Assembly (NCBI RefSeq): GCF_030684315.1
Contig: NC_081364.1
Location: 32,042,645 to 32,106,644, forward strand
Length of the DNA: 64,000 nucleotides
Direction of reading: 5' to 3'
Source of the DNA: Stegostoma tigrinum
Lineage: Eukaryota
Shown piece after piece: positions 1 through 13,859 of the stretch; positions within the stretch are counted from its first letter, which is position 1, and each line of letters opens with the position of its first letter. Both the position numbers and the translations under genes were made by a program. Under the pieces are notes generated by a model. It searched no databases. It saw only the letters and a list, made by a program, of their open reading frames with translations, and had not been told where the DNA came from.

Positions 1-504
1 TTTTTAAAATATTCCTTAAATGAAGATTTCTGAAAAGGAATATATAATTAGCACTCCTGATAAACACCAGGTCTTAGAAAAATTCATATAATCCTTTGCA
101 ATGGAAAAAGAAACTCATTTAGGCGAGTTATCTTTCAAGAAGATAATAGCTACAGTTCAGATCCAGGGCAAAACAGTGCTGTGCAAAAGAGGAGAGGACT
201 GTTTTGTGTTAACGAGCAAGCAAAATGCTTTCAGGGATTTAGTTTCTGTCAAAAGAAAAACAAGCCACTTGAAGGAATAGGAGGTATTCAAGGTGTGCAT
301 TGCTTGTGATAATAGTATCCAGGAAAATTCAAGCAGTTAGGAGTAATTCTCAAAAGATACTGAAAGTTTCATCATGGCAAAATGTAGAAGCAAACTTATA
401 CTAGACATCTGGGAGTGACTCTAGGATTGTTCCTTTTATAATATATACCTGCTAAAAACATTGCATACGGTTGGAGAATTTCCTATGGCATATTTCAGAT
501 ATAT

Positions 505-1545
505 TACAAAGAAAACAAAGAACAGGCCCGTTCAGCCCTCCAAGCCTATGCCAACACATTTTGCCCTTTCATACTAAAACTGTCTTCATTTACAGGATCG
601 GTATCCCTCTACTCGCTTCTTATTCATGTAATTGTCCAAGTGCTTCCTGAATACTGCTATTATGTCTGTATGTGTCCACCTCCTCCTCTGGCAGTATGTT
701 CCAGGCATTGGCCACCCTTTATGCTGAAAACTTGCCTTACACACCTCTTTAAAACTTACCACCACCGCCACCGCCCCCGCCCCTCCGCCCCCAACCCACC
801 TTGCACCTTGAACCTGTGTCCCCTAGCATTTGACCCTTCCACCCTGGAGGAAAAATCTCACTTTCCACTCTATCCATGCTATACACAATTTTATAAACTT
901 CTATTAGGCTGCCCCTCAACCTCCAGCGTTTCAGTAAAAAACAACCAGTCTGGCCAACTTTTCTTCATGGCTAAAACCCTCCATACCATGCAACATCCTG
1001 GTAAACCTTTTCTGTACCCTCTCCAAATCACCCACATCCTTCTGGTAGTGTGGTGACCAGAACTGTATGCATTATTACAAATGTGGCCGAACTAAAGTTC
1101 TATAAAGCTGCAGCATAACTTATCTATCCTTCTGCTTAATGCATCATCCAAGGAAGGAAAGCATGCCATCGCCTTTTTTACTGCCTTATCTACCAGCACT
1201 GCCACCTTCAATGATCTGTGGAGCTGCACACCTAGACCTCTCTGCATACCAATACTCCTAATGGTTCTGCCGTTGACTCTATAATTTCCACCTGCACTTA
1301 ACCTTCCAAAATGCATCACCTCACATTTGACTGGATTAAACTTCCTCTGCCATTTTTCTGCACATGCCTCCAAATGATCTATATCCTGCTGTATCCTCCG
1401 ACAACTTTGCTGATGATCCACAATGCCACTAAATCTTTGTATCATCTACAAAGTTACAAATTAGACCAGCTACGTTTTCATCCCAATCATTTATCTAGAT
1501 CACGAACAGTAGAGGTCCCAGCACTGATCCCTGTGGAACATCAGT
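505..1545 (-). mobile_element. CR1-clade LINE, 5'-truncated 3' portion (ORF2 RT C-terminus and 3' UTR), degenerate
   Basis: ORF 1092-1445(-) reads IQQDIDHLEACAEKWQRKFNPVKCEVMHFG, typical of the CR1 RT C-terminus; frameshifted; CR1-like tail near 505-550. Confidence 0.85.
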
Positions 1546-1654
1546 TACACAACGCAAATTTACCTTTTCATTACTTTGATAGCTTGATTTGAATTTGCAT
1601 TGCCATTCCTCCGCAACACTGGGTCTAAATCTAGGGAGCAATTACTTATCTCCC

Positions 1655-1756
1655 GAGGACTATACCACTTGAAGGTGTTAGCACACCAGCTTTGTGGGGC
1701 AATTAGGAATGGGGAATAACGCTGGCCTAGCCAGCGATCCCCACATCCCATGATTG
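1655..1756 (+). mobile_element. L2-like LINE/SINE 3' tail fragment
   Basis: ggggcaattaggaatggggaataacgctggcctagccagcgatccccacatcccatga resembles the tails at about 27570-27640 and 44390-44450(-). Confidence 0.5.
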
Positions 1757-2330
1757 TTTTTGTTTTAAGCATGTTTTTTGTGCTAAACCTATATTTTAAA
1801 TTTTGGTGATGGCTCCTTTTGGGAGGCTTATCTAGGAGATGGTTTCTGATTAAACACCTTGCTTTCAGTAACTGATCATGTGGCCAAATGTTCTGGCAAT
1901 ATTAGGTAAATGATCAACAATAAGTTAATTGTAGGGGGAGTAGATTTTGAATGGTGGGGTCTAGCATCCAGCCACCAAGCCAGTCGGTGGGCTTGAAATG
2001 GACATCAGTTACAAGCTGGTTGCCTGAGATGGAGACTGAGGTGTCCAGGAAGGGGAGGGATGTGCTGGAGATGGCCCAGGTGAACTGAAGGTTGGGGGGG
2101 GAAGGTGTTGGTGAAGTGGATGAACTGTTCGATCTCCTCAAGGGAGCAAGAGGCGGCGCCGATACAGTCATCAATGTATCGGAGGAAGAGGTGGGGTTTG
2201 GGGCCTGTGTAGGTGCGGAAGAGGGACTGTTCCACGTAACCTACAAAGAGGCAGGCATAGCTGGGGCCCATGCGGGTGCCCATGGCCACCCCCTTAGTCT
2301 GTAGGAAGTGGGAGGAGTCAAAAGAGAAGT

Positions 2331-3315
2331 TGATGTCCATTTCAAGCCCACCGACTCCCACAGCAATCTAGAATACACCTCCTCCCACCCACCCTCCTGC
2401 AAAAATTCCATTCCCTATTCTCAATTCCTCCGCCTCCGCCGCATCTGCTCCCACGATAAGACATTCCACTCCCGCACATCCCAGATGTCCAAGTTCTTCA
2501 AGAACCGCAACTTTCCCCCCACAGTGATCGAGAACGCCCTTGACCGCGTCTCCCGTATTTCCCGCAACACATCCCTCACACCCCACCGCCGCCACAACCG
2601 CCCAAAGAGGATCCCCCTCGTTCTCACACACCACCCTACCAACCTCCGGATACAACGCATCATCCTCCAACGCTTTCGCCATCTACAATCCGACCCCACC
2701 ACCCAAGACATTTTTCCATCCCCACCCCTGTCTGCTTTCCGGAGAGACCACTCTCTCCGTGACTCCCTTGTTCGCTCCACACTGCCCTCCAACCCCACCA
2801 CACCCGACACCTTCCCCTGCAACCGCAGGAAATGCTACACTTGCCCCCACACCTCCTCCCTCACCCCTATCCCAGGCCCCAAGATGACATTCCACATTAA
2901 GCAGAGGTTCACCTGCACATCTGCCAATGTGGTATACTGCATCCACTGTACCCGGTGTGGCTTCCTCTACATTGGGGAAACCAAGCGGAGGCTTGGAGAC
3001 CGCTTTGCAGAACACCTCCGCTCAGTTCGCAACAAACAACTGCACCTCCCAGTCGCAAATCATTTCCACTCCCCCTCCCATTCTCTAGATGACATGTCCA
3101 TCATGGGCCTCCTGCACTGCCACAATGATGCCACCCGAAGGTTGCAGGAACAGCAACTCATATTCCGCCTGGGAACCCTGCAGCCATATGGTATCAATGT
3201 GGACTTCACCAGTTTCAAAATCTCCCCTTCCCCTACACCATCCCTAAACCAGCCCAGCTCTTCCCCCCCACCCACTGCATCCCAAAACCAGTCCAACCTG
3301 TCTCTACCTCCCTAA
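2331..3315 (+). pseudogene. PLE ORF C-terminal part (RT thumb, Zn-finger-like linker, GIY-YIG endonuclease), open frame but N-terminally truncated
   Basis: ORF track 2308-3315; near-identical to the C-terminal part of ORF 61627-63117. Confidence 0.9.
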
Positions 3316-3539
3316 CCTGTTCTTCCTCTCACCCATCCCTTCCTCCCACCCCAAGCCACACCCCCATCTACCTACTAACCTCATCCCACCTCCTTGACCT
3401 GTCCGTCTTCCCTAGACTGACCTATCCCCTCCCTACCTCCCCACCTATACTCTCTCCACCTATCTTCTTTTCTCTCCATCTTCGGTCCGCCTCCCCCTCT
3501 CTCCCTATTTATTCCAGTTCCCTCTCCCCATCCCCCTCT

Positions 3540-3567
3540 CTGATGAAGGGTCTAGGCCCGAAACGTC
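3540..3567 (+). ncRNA. Minimal type-I hammerhead ribozyme motif in the PLE terminal repeat
   Basis: CTGATGA, then stem II (GGGTC-TA-GGCCC), then GAAAC and a GTC cleavage triplet; stem III is reduced to palindromic ACGT, as in known PLE minimal hammerheads. Confidence 0.75.
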
Positions 3568-5671
3568 AGCTTTTGTGCTCTTGAGATGCTGCTTGGCCTA
3601 CTGTGTTCATCCAGCCTCACATTTTATTATCTTGGAATTCTCCAGCATCTGCAGTTCCCATTATCTCTGATACTATTTCATCAACACCATATGATTTTAA
3701 AAGTCATAAAGCAGCTTTCCGCTATTAGTTACTGTACCTCAAATACTTGCCAATCCTTTGAGAAACGTGAAGGATTATCATTTGGCAAATAGTTCGAACA
3801 ATGATTTTTTTTACGCTACATTGACAGCTTACAAATGAAGTTATCTTATTCCCTCAAAACTTAGAAAAGAGATTCTTTGCCGGGACTTTATCAAGGCACC
3901 AGACCAAGTTAAGACCCACTGGCAACAAACAGTAATAATGTGCTGGCATCTCTTTAAGTCTTAAATATCCATTCAGAAGGAAATACATCAAAGCTGCCAA
4001 GTTCAGACTCAATTTACTCCAACACATGTACAATAGCATCCATCTAATACTAAGCTCTTTCCTTCCATTCATTTTCTAGCGAGTTCATTTACAATCTGCA
4101 GTAATTCAATGCTGTTCTACAAACAGTAGAATCTGTGCTCCAAACAATCATTCATTTTTTCCAATAAGATCACTTCATGAACAGTGACAACAATAGTGTT
4201 ATCCTGTGGTTTGGTAGAGCATGTAAAACAGACCTAACTTAGAAAAAGAATGAAGAACTATACATTTGAGTATTGGATGTTTTTTGTAAATCTCCGACGC
4301 ACAGATTGACAAATGAAATTTGCAAAAATGTACATTCTGATGCCTTTCCAAATTCAATGGAATTGATACACTCCCTTGACTGTAGACTTAAGAGATCGGA
4401 TCTGCTGTGCACTCTTCTACTTTTCCCCAGACTCAAAAAAATGCAGATGCAGCATATCCCAGCTGCAGTCTAAGATATCCCAAACATTAGAACTATTGTT
4501 ATCTTGGTGGAGACCAGTAATATTTAAAAGAAAAATCAAACTTCTAGTTAACTGAAAGCATTAAGCCACAAGATTTCAAATTTAAAGTTTGAAAAAATCT
4601 TTCACCATACAAGACTGAAACAGAGCAAGTAGTATTAACTTAAAATTATCTTTCATAAACACTCAGCACTCAAAAATGTCAACAGTGCACACAGTTTCAT
4701 TTGTATTCCCATCTTACTTCACAGGACCTTTATGTTGCTCACGGGACCAACAATGGGTGTGCCATTGCATTCAGGAGTTAAATTTGATTTTCGTCAGTCT
4801 TCCTGCTATTATCAGAGGTACAAGGCTTTTTCATTGTTGCTCCATTAACATCCAGCTAAGCAAACCTCCAACTCTTGCTTAGCATCTCACGGTTGTGGAC
4901 ATTCAGCCGAAGCCTTGGCTTCACTGCTTTCTGTCTTTGTGTTTCCAAGTCAGAAAACATCCTTGATTCAGACAGGCCTCAGTTATTGGTCAACAGCTTC
5001 TGACTGATTCTCTCTGCTTGTCTCAAAACTGATCCCAGTCTCCAACAGAATACTTCTGTGAGATATCATATGAATAAAACCCAACTAACACGAGTACCTC
5101 CCTGCAATCCATCTCCACTGCAACCTGGCATCTGAAGATGTCCCAGTTAGTGATTTCAACAAATTATCTTTATCGCCAAATACCTGTTTGATTCAAGATC
5201 ACACATGAATAATTTGTATCTCTAATGGGGACAACTACAATCATTGCAAATTCACTGGCTTTACTACAAAGCTGCGAGGGCTACCTAATGTTTATTTTTT
5301 TCTTAAAACAACAGAGATCTTCTACAATTATTGCCCATCCAAGTACCTGTACTACACTTCCTCATCAGGCATTTTTCCAATTTTGATGAAGGCCTACACT
5401 GTGGGCTTTAACTCTACTCTTTGGTTGGTTGACTTGAGGGAAATTGATTTTACTAATCAACTAGTAACAAACTGAAGTAATATGTATGCTCACATCACAA
5501 GGTGATTCTTATGACATCTAATCTGCACATTTGTGCTAAATATCTTGGATTCAAATCATTAAACAAGAATGCTCACTGCATATAGTGCAGTAATTTATTG
5601 TTACGTGTTTTATGAAAATAGAGTTAATTATGTATAAGTCACCATGATCCGATGCGATTTTAATTACATTA

Positions 5672-7100
5672 AGTCATAAAGGTCTATAGCATGGAAACAG
5701 GCCCCTCAGCCCAACTTGCCCATGCTGCCCAGTTTTCACAATTTAAACTCGTCCTATTTGCCTGCATTTGATCCCCATCCCTCCATACCTTTCCCATCCG
5801 TGTAGCTGTCTACATGTTTCATAATTGACAAATTTGCATCCACTTCCATCACTACCTTTGGCAGGGCCCCTTCCAGATACTTACAACCTGTGTTAAAAAA
5901 ACATGGTCCCTGGACTCTTTTGTACTCTTGCCCCCTCACCTTAATCCTATGTCCTCTAGTTTTAGGCTCCCCTATCATGAGGGAAAGCTGTCAGTTATCT
6001 ACCTCATCTATGTCTCTCGTGATGTTATGTACCTCTGTAAGGTCACCCCTCAATCTCCTACACTCCAGCAAAAAATGTCTCAGTTCATCCAATCTCTCAT
6101 GTAACTCACAATTTTCCAGTCAAGATAGCATGCTCATAAGATTTTTCTGCACTCTTTTTAATTTAATAATATATATTTTCTGCAGTTAAGGCAAATGGAA
6201 CTGCAGGCAGTACTCCAAACGTGGCCTCACCAAAGTCTTGTACAGCTGCCAATGGGCACTCCAACTCCTATAGTCAATGCTCTGGCCAATGAAAGCCAGC
6301 ATGCTGAAAGCTGCCTTCACCGCTGTCTGTGACTCCATTTTTAAGGAGCTATGAACCTGTACTCCTAGATCTCTTTGTTCTTTAGCACTCTCCAGGGCTC
6401 TACCATTGACTGTGTTAAGTCCTGCTCTGGTTTGCCTTACCAAAATGCAATACGTTGCATTTAACTAAATTAAACTCTCTATCTGCTATTCCATCTCCTA
6501 CTGGCCCAGTTGATCAAGATCTCGCTGCATTCCCAGATAACCTTCCTCTGTCTAATATATCACCAATCTTGGTGTCATCCACAAAATTACTAACTACACC
6601 TCCTAAACTGTCAACTAAATCATTTATATAAATGACAAACAACAGCAGACTCAGCATCAATCCCTGTGGCACACTGCTGCTCAGAGGCCTTCAGTCTGAA
6701 AAAACAACCTTCTAGTACCACACTTCCTCTTCCACCAGCAAGCTAATTTTGTATCCTGTTGGCTAGCTCTCCCTGAATCCAGCAAAATTTAAATATTCCT
6801 CAACAAGCTACCACATGGTACCTTGTTAAAGGCCTTGCTAACGTCCATGCATATAATGTCTACTGCATTTCCCTCATCTACATTCTTGGTCACCCCTCCA
6901 AAAAACAAATCAAATTCATGAGATACAATTTCCCACACATAAAGCCATGCTGACTATCCCAAATGAGTCCTTGCCTCTCCAAGCACCTGTAGATCCTGTT
7001 TCTCAGGATCCCCTCTGACAACTTACCCACCATGGATGTTAGGCTCACCGGTTTGTAGTTCCCAGGCATTTCCCTGAAACCTTTCTTAAATAATGGTATT
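5672..7100 (-). mobile_element. CR1-clade LINE 3' portion, degenerate
   Basis: Minus ORFs EQRDLGVQVHSSLK...LYKTLVRPRLEYCLQF and KTRGHRIKVRG; CR1 tail at about 5675-5730. Confidence 0.9.
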
Positions 7101-8904
7101 AATTAAAAATTGAAATAAATCATGCTAAGTTAGGTCAAATTTTGTTTGTGTATTTCATCCATGGCTTCTCAATTTCCTAAGTGACTACGGGATGCCACCA
7201 AAGCAGTCCGAGGCCACAACACCAAGGAGAAAGCACAATGAAGCAACCCCCACCACAGCTGACCAGACCCACAGCCCCACCTCTGCAAAGGCCACCTCAT
7301 CACCACCATTACTCCAGCCACCAGCATAACCAGGAGACAGTAACAACTCGAGGACCAGGGTCCATCTCAACCAAGAACCAACCAACTGTCCAAATCAACT
7401 CCCAAGTTCCAAGAGATATTCACTCCAGGGATCATTCACTCTGCCATCACTGCAGGCACTGCCAAAACATCAGAATAAGGATGGACCCTAATTTATCAAT
7501 GCTGGAAACAGCCACTCAAAACCGCAACTGCCATAGCCATGAGAAATGGACCGGATCCGATATCCGACAGCTCTCCACAACCTCTCTCTCCACAACTGCA
7601 ACCACAGAAGAAAAGACTAATTTGATTCAAAAGTAAATGAAAAAAATAACTTTAAAAAGGGAAGGAAGTAGCCAGCCATGCTAGAGGAAGCAAATGAGCC
7701 TGGGAGCCTAAATATCTCCTATCCTGCTACCTCTGACGTGTTGATATCAAAAAGGCAAGAAGCATAAAGGTTGTAAAAGTCTGTGTTACAATTACACTAA
7801 TTAAACAATGCATCACATCAAATGTTTATTGATTTTTCATCGTGATCCCTTTATGTAATGAGCTGTTGCTTGTGAACCCCTTCCCACTACACTTTCCTAT
7901 TCTTAAACGCTAGACAGGATTTAATTGAAGGAGTATGAATGGCTCCCTATTATCTCAAAGAGATAAGCAGATCAAGCAGGCCAATTCAATATGGACGATA
8001 GTGCCAATATTCCTCCCTCTTAACCTAGCCGCACGGTGGTCAATGAGAGCTCCCTCATTACCAACCACTGGAACAGATTCTGAATTGAATCTGGGCATTT
8101 CTTAGACTTTAGGATTCAACTCTTCAATAGGTGAACTCTTAGCTGTTAAAGAACAAATCAATAGTACTTTGAGGAAACCAGTTGGCAACCGTAATGAAAA
8201 CATGTATGTTATCTACACGAACCTGGTCAGGAATATTGCCGTGGGTTGTCCCCTGTCTCACTGTACTGGTTTCTACACCAATCTTGCTAATAGGAATTTG
8301 TGCATAAGTTTCTTGCAGAAGTCATCTGTAAACACACAGCCACCGGGTATGGTAATAAAAGTGCGAGGAAGTTGGACTGTTTCCTTCATGGCATTTTAAA
8401 CTTGAACAGTAGCTCTTCTTCCACCATTGTTATGCAAAACAAATGTGCATCAGTTGGAAATGTGACTACACAGACAGGATTCTTCTGAACTTCTGAGGGA
8501 ACCAATGGTCAAAAATACTTTGGGGTGTTATAAATCTCATGCACATAGTAGGTCTTACATTAAATATTTTACAAAAGAATGTCAAAAATTACTGCAAAAT
8601 CCAGCAACCTTGGTTATGTTATTTGGGCTGCATCACATCAAAATGTTTAGCCATGTATCTGTGGTCATCAGAACTAGCTCACATGAAGGAATCCTCAGAC
8701 TTTTAGAAGAGGAAATTAGACAATATAAAGAAGGTGCATTTCAGAAGAAGTAACTCAAAAGACAATACAATTAATCAAGGAAATTAGCATGCAGACACAG
8801 TCATTTATGTACAGACTTCATCAGGAAGAAAATTGCTCATTATGGCTTTTATTGAATACTACATTGAAAATTACAAGGAGTGTTCCAGTCAGTCAATCTC
8901 TTTA

Positions 8905-9310
8905 CAAGCATCATTACACACAAGTACAAGCAATGGGAGACCATATTGTCCATCGAGCCTGCTCCATTATTCATCATGGCTGATCACAGGCTTGAACTCC
9001 ACTTTCTGGCCCATTCCCCATAGCCTTTCGTGCTCTTTGGATCAAGAACATTATCTCCCACAGCTTTAAATATATTCAGTGGCAGAAACACCACAACTTC
9101 CAAGGGCAGAGAATTCCATGGATGCACAACCCTTTGAGTGAAAACATTTCACATCACAGTCCTTAACGATCATCCCTTATCCCAAGACTGTGCCCTGCTT
9201 TAGTTTGCACTGATCATCTGGAACCTATTTCACAGCTTCTATACTATTGAAGTCCATTCAGAATCATGCAAGTTTCAATTAGATCTCTCATTTTTCTAAA
9301 CTGCAGAGAA
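8905..9310 (-). mobile_element. Old CR1-like LINE 3' fragment
   Basis: Resembles the 3' end of other CR1 copies (agaattccatggatgcacaaccctttgagtgaaa); heavily decayed. Confidence 0.55.
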
Positions 9311-12300
9311 CGTACCATTAAGTAACACTCACAAATCTGAGGAATGCCATTTAGAAATTTACATGGGCGTTTATAATTTTGAATGGTATTTTCATTTTCT
9401 GCTACCCTTGAGCTTATAGTATCTAGTTAATACAAAATACTCCCCGTAATCTGACACAATTGTGATTACAAAGAAAAATGTTGTTCGCTTGTATTGTCAC
9501 CAACAAAAACAAACCTGCAGCCACTTAGAGATGTTAAATGGCTATTTCACAAACAAGTCCCTACAGTAAATTTTTCAATACGACAAACATTTCACTGGAT
9601 AATAAAACCTGCTGAACATTAATAAAACATTGCCTTATGTTATCAGTTACAAATGATTTTAAAAATTTATAGGTTTTTTTTGAGGATCTAAATGATCCAT
9701 ATCAATTCCAAGATGATCTGGAAATAATGTTTTAAATGGTATCACAAACATCTCAAAGCATTTCACATACTTTCAGCAGTAGTGGTTATTACACTGGCAA
9801 ATGTGACAGCCATTTTGCAAAAAGTAATTAATTTAATTGCAAAATTAACTTGCTTCCTCAATTAACACGATCAAAAGCAAATGTTGCCTAGAGAACCAGC
9901 AGAACTGATTTAAATAATACCACAGGATTTTTAACATTCACGAACTACCAGAATAGGCAGAGAGACCCTTATAAGACTCATATGGCTTAGCCAACGGAAT
10001 CAAAGAGTGTTACTGCGTTGACAACATCATCTCAAAAGCTGATTTTAAAATCTAGAAAAATCAATTATTTGAACATTACACGCACTTTAACACACACCTA
10101 CAAAAGTTGCTGGGAATGATGTTCGCACTGATCAGGCTATTTCTGACAGCTAAATATTACTATGAGTCCTGGTGTTTCATTGCTATTCACACCATTTTTT
10201 TTACACTGCTATTCGTAATACTACCAAATAAAGCCAAGAAATAAAATTGAAGTAGTATGACCAGGGCATTGAGCAGTCAAATGACTAGGTAAGTAGAGGG
10301 AAGGTAGAAGTCTCTCCCTTCTAACACTCTGAACAAGGGGGCACGAAGTAGAAGATATAGCAATTTCGTATAGGGACCGACATTTATAAAAATGCCTTTA
10401 CAACATTTGCATGTACAGATAGTTTAGGAAATGTGTTGGACAATCCTGCAAAGAGAAAAACAACCAACTCAGTATCAGACATCTAAGTCGAGCAGGCTTG
10501 TAAAGAAAAAACAGAAGAGTATATATATTTCTAAAAATACATTTGTTGAAACAATTTCTAAATAACCTGTTTGCTTCTCCTTCACTACAGCTAAAAAAAA
10601 ACTGTGGACTGATCCTGAGGCTGGTAACCCCTTCCACCCCTTCTCTCCCTTAGATTCTGTGGACAGACTCAATGGACTGACCCTGACACATCCACCTCAG
10701 GGCCATGACCACCACAGCTCCAAACAAGTAGTTCTCAGGCTCCTGACTAATGTCTGTACATCCCCCAGTGTTCACCTTACACCCAGTTTGGCTGCTATGG
10801 GACTACAGGACTGGCTGTGACCTGAACTAAAGAGGCAAAAACCCCCCAACCAAAAACACTGACAGGATAGCTGACAATGGCCAATTCCTGAACTGGTATG
10901 GGAGGCTGCCCATGACTTACTGTGTCAGGAGCCCCTGGACTTCAGTGATGGCTGCTCCCCTATGACTTTGAGACACACCTGCTTGCTTGCTGCACATGAA
11001 GTACTTTTGCCTCATAAGCTGTTGACACATGGTGCAGGCGAGAGCTTGATGTAGCACACTGCCATATAGCAAGCTGTACACCCTCTAAACTGAAGACTAC
11101 TAATTAGCAAGAAAAACTGCCTGGATGCTAATTGGCACAACAAGGCAAGGCATAAATGATGCAAGCATGCAGTTTGGTGTCAAATGAGCTGGTAGTAAGA
11201 GAGCAAGGGAGCAATCCTGAGATACAGCCTGGCCCAATCCAGGTGAGCTCTGTACCTGTTCCCATGTGCAAAGCATCCCTGTAGCAGCTTTTCAATCGTA
11301 GTTGTTGGTGTGACCTACAATGCAAGTCTGTGCTTCCCGAGTGCCTGCAGCGTATTGAAGGAGTGCTGCGTGGTCACGAGGAGTTGGCAAAATGTTGGAT
11401 ACCAAAGTCAGTGTACAAACGGTACAAGCAGCTGGTGCCCATGGATCATGCCTTGAGAGCCTATTTAGTGCCAAGCAACATGAGGCTCCTCACAGACAGC
11501 AGTGAGCTAAAGCCACCAAGCACCAGCTCTGACTTGCACATCGAGGCTTTTTGACAGTTAGTTTGTTTGGCATATTTGGCAAGTTAGAAAGCTGAATTTA
11601 ATGCTGAGGCAGGTTGTGGAGCTAAAGTGGCATATAACAAACTATGGTGCCCTTTAATTGGTAAATTGTCACTCAGCAAAAGCATTAAAGCTGCAATAAG
11701 AGTGTCCTTGGTGGACCTCTTTGTCTGATTCTGCCACAAATCCCTAAAGCCCATGCAGCTCAAACCCCAAGAAGATTCCACCCTATACTCTATTATCATA
11801 GCTTCAACAGCACAGTTGTGCAATGCCTAAGAGATTTGACGTGCCATGACAGATTTACCGAACATGTGTTCACACCTCCAATTTCACAAATAAAATGTTT
11901 CCTCATAATCAGTGGAACCGGGGGGAGAAAAGTCATGGAGTCATAAGCAAAACCCACTCTTTAGGATGTGCAAAGAGACTGTCACACATCTGATAATGGA
12001 TTAACTGCCCAGCCTTGACTGAGGAGCGGGTCAATGTAGCATAAAGGAGGACAACAAAATACAAATAACTTAAATGTTCTACGCAGCTAAAAAATAAATT
12101 ATCTAGCTGTGATTTTCTACCCTTTCATCTTGTAAATTGAATCGCATTGCCAAACTGATGCTCTGTCAAATTCTCTCGTAACAATGTGCAGAGCAGTCAT
12201 CTGGTGTTTAGATCTGTGATAGAGTATATATACTGTATATATAAATTGCAAACATGAGATATTACACATTTGTTCACTGGCGACACACCATTATTTGCAA

Positions 12301-12929
12301 GCTCTTAAAATTACCTTTTAAACATGATCCTAACTTAGCAATTATGTTCATTTCACCCATAGCTAAAACTCTAAACTCAATGGCATCCCTTTATTTACAG
12401 AATACACTAAATCAAGTTAATTTTGCTTCACAAGTTTGTGTATTCTGTTCATCTCGAGAGAGTTGTCATTCCCAGAAACCGTAAAATAGGGATTAACCTA
12501 TATCACCAAAATGTCTATCAAAAATGATAATTCATAACACACAAGCTTAAAACAAAAGTCTGAATTTTCTTAGAAAATTGTTTAGCAACCCAAAAACCAG
12601 GAATTTAATTTGAACATTTTTAATTAGAGTGAATGTCTTATCACGAATAAGCTGAGATGCAGAGCCATCAGAAAAAAGGTGGCATTTATTCTTGCAATGA
12701 ACAAGTAAAGAATTCAATGCAGTTTTATTGCCAGCTGATGTCATATGAGCATCACTAGCAAGGTCTGCCTAAGTTGTCCAAACAGGATTTCCCTTGAAAA
12801 GGTGGTCGTGAGCAGATTTCTTGTACAGCTGTAGTCCATGTGCCACAGTAATATTAGGAAAAAAGTTACAGGGTTTGACCTAGTGACAATAAAGAAATAG
12901 CAATAGCCGTCTGGATTGTGCAAGACTTG

Positions 12930-13230
12930 AGGTAATATTCTTCCTGTGAGACTGCACCCTTGTTCTTTGTGGTAGATGCCACTAGGTTGGACAGTGTGAG
13001 CTTTTTGAGTGTTTTTAATATTTGCATCAACTCAGTCGAGTGGAGAGTTTTTCGTTCCAGTTTTGATTTGTGTTGAATCATTGCCAGCTCTGATCTGCGT
13101 GCGCTCTTGTAGCCATTGAATTTTATGGCTGTTCCACTTCAGATCCTGATCTATAAAAATCACAGGATGTTGATGGTGGGGTATTCAGCAATTGTCATGC
13201 CATTGAAAGTCATGGAAAGATGGTCTTGAC
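12930..13230 (-). mobile_element. L2-like LINE fragment, degenerate
   Basis: Minus translation QDLKWNSHKI resembles the DQKLNWTSHI RT C-terminal motif; similar to 26975-27645. Confidence 0.5.
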
Positions 13231-13859
13231 CACACCCCTTGCTTGAGTGTGGTGGCTGTCAAGTTAATTGCACTACCATTCGTCGCTCACTAAAGCCCTG
13301 AAGTCCTTTGGCACAATGGCGACTTCACCTCACTTGACCCTACATGGTAATTATAAAGCCCAACCTTAACCAGACAACTGTAGTTAGCATGGAAAGAATG
13401 CCTGCCATTCAGCTTACAATCACTGCAGATGAATTTTATCATATGGTCCAGCATATTAGTAGCTGGATGGTTCAGCCGATGACACCCCTCAGTAGCAACT
13501 AATTACATCATGACATGCCTGATGTGGATGATAACACTTGTCAACTATTTGCAAAGCACTACTAACAAGTCAACAGCATCTTGTCAGAAGGAAACCGTAT
13601 GACATAGCAACACTTGTGGAGCATAAAATGTCAACAAACAGCAAGGCGAATTTCATTTTAAAAGTTGCAGTTCATTGAGAGATAAATTACAAACACATAA
13701 TGGTAATTTACTGATCTAAAAGCGAGAGACCTGGCCAAACGATTTGAAGGAGGGTTCAAATCCTACCATATCAAAATCAAAACTGAATTAATAAATAAAA
13801 TCTGGAAGAAAATGTTAGTATAGGCAACCATGAAATTTTCAAACAGTGTAAAACCCCAG

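Larger units (their letters stand above)
1982..3677 (+). mobile_element. Penelope-like element (Neptune-like) copy A, 5'-truncated, with an inverted 5' segment (1982-2332, minus) and a forward body (2331-3677)
   Basis: Inverted part encodes QTKGVAMGTRMGPSYACLFV and RYIDD; forward part encodes RT thumb, CNRRKCYTC linker and VVYCIHCTRCGFLYIGET; ends in the hammerhead-bearing terminal repeat. Confidence 0.95.

Noticed and set aside
1960-3695. TSD for PLE copy A (catccagccacca vs catcaacacca)
   Set aside because: Too many differences for such a young copy
7181-7720. C/A-rich segment with a 151-aa ORF
   Set aside because: Low-complexity composition; probably a decayed repeat that I cannot classify
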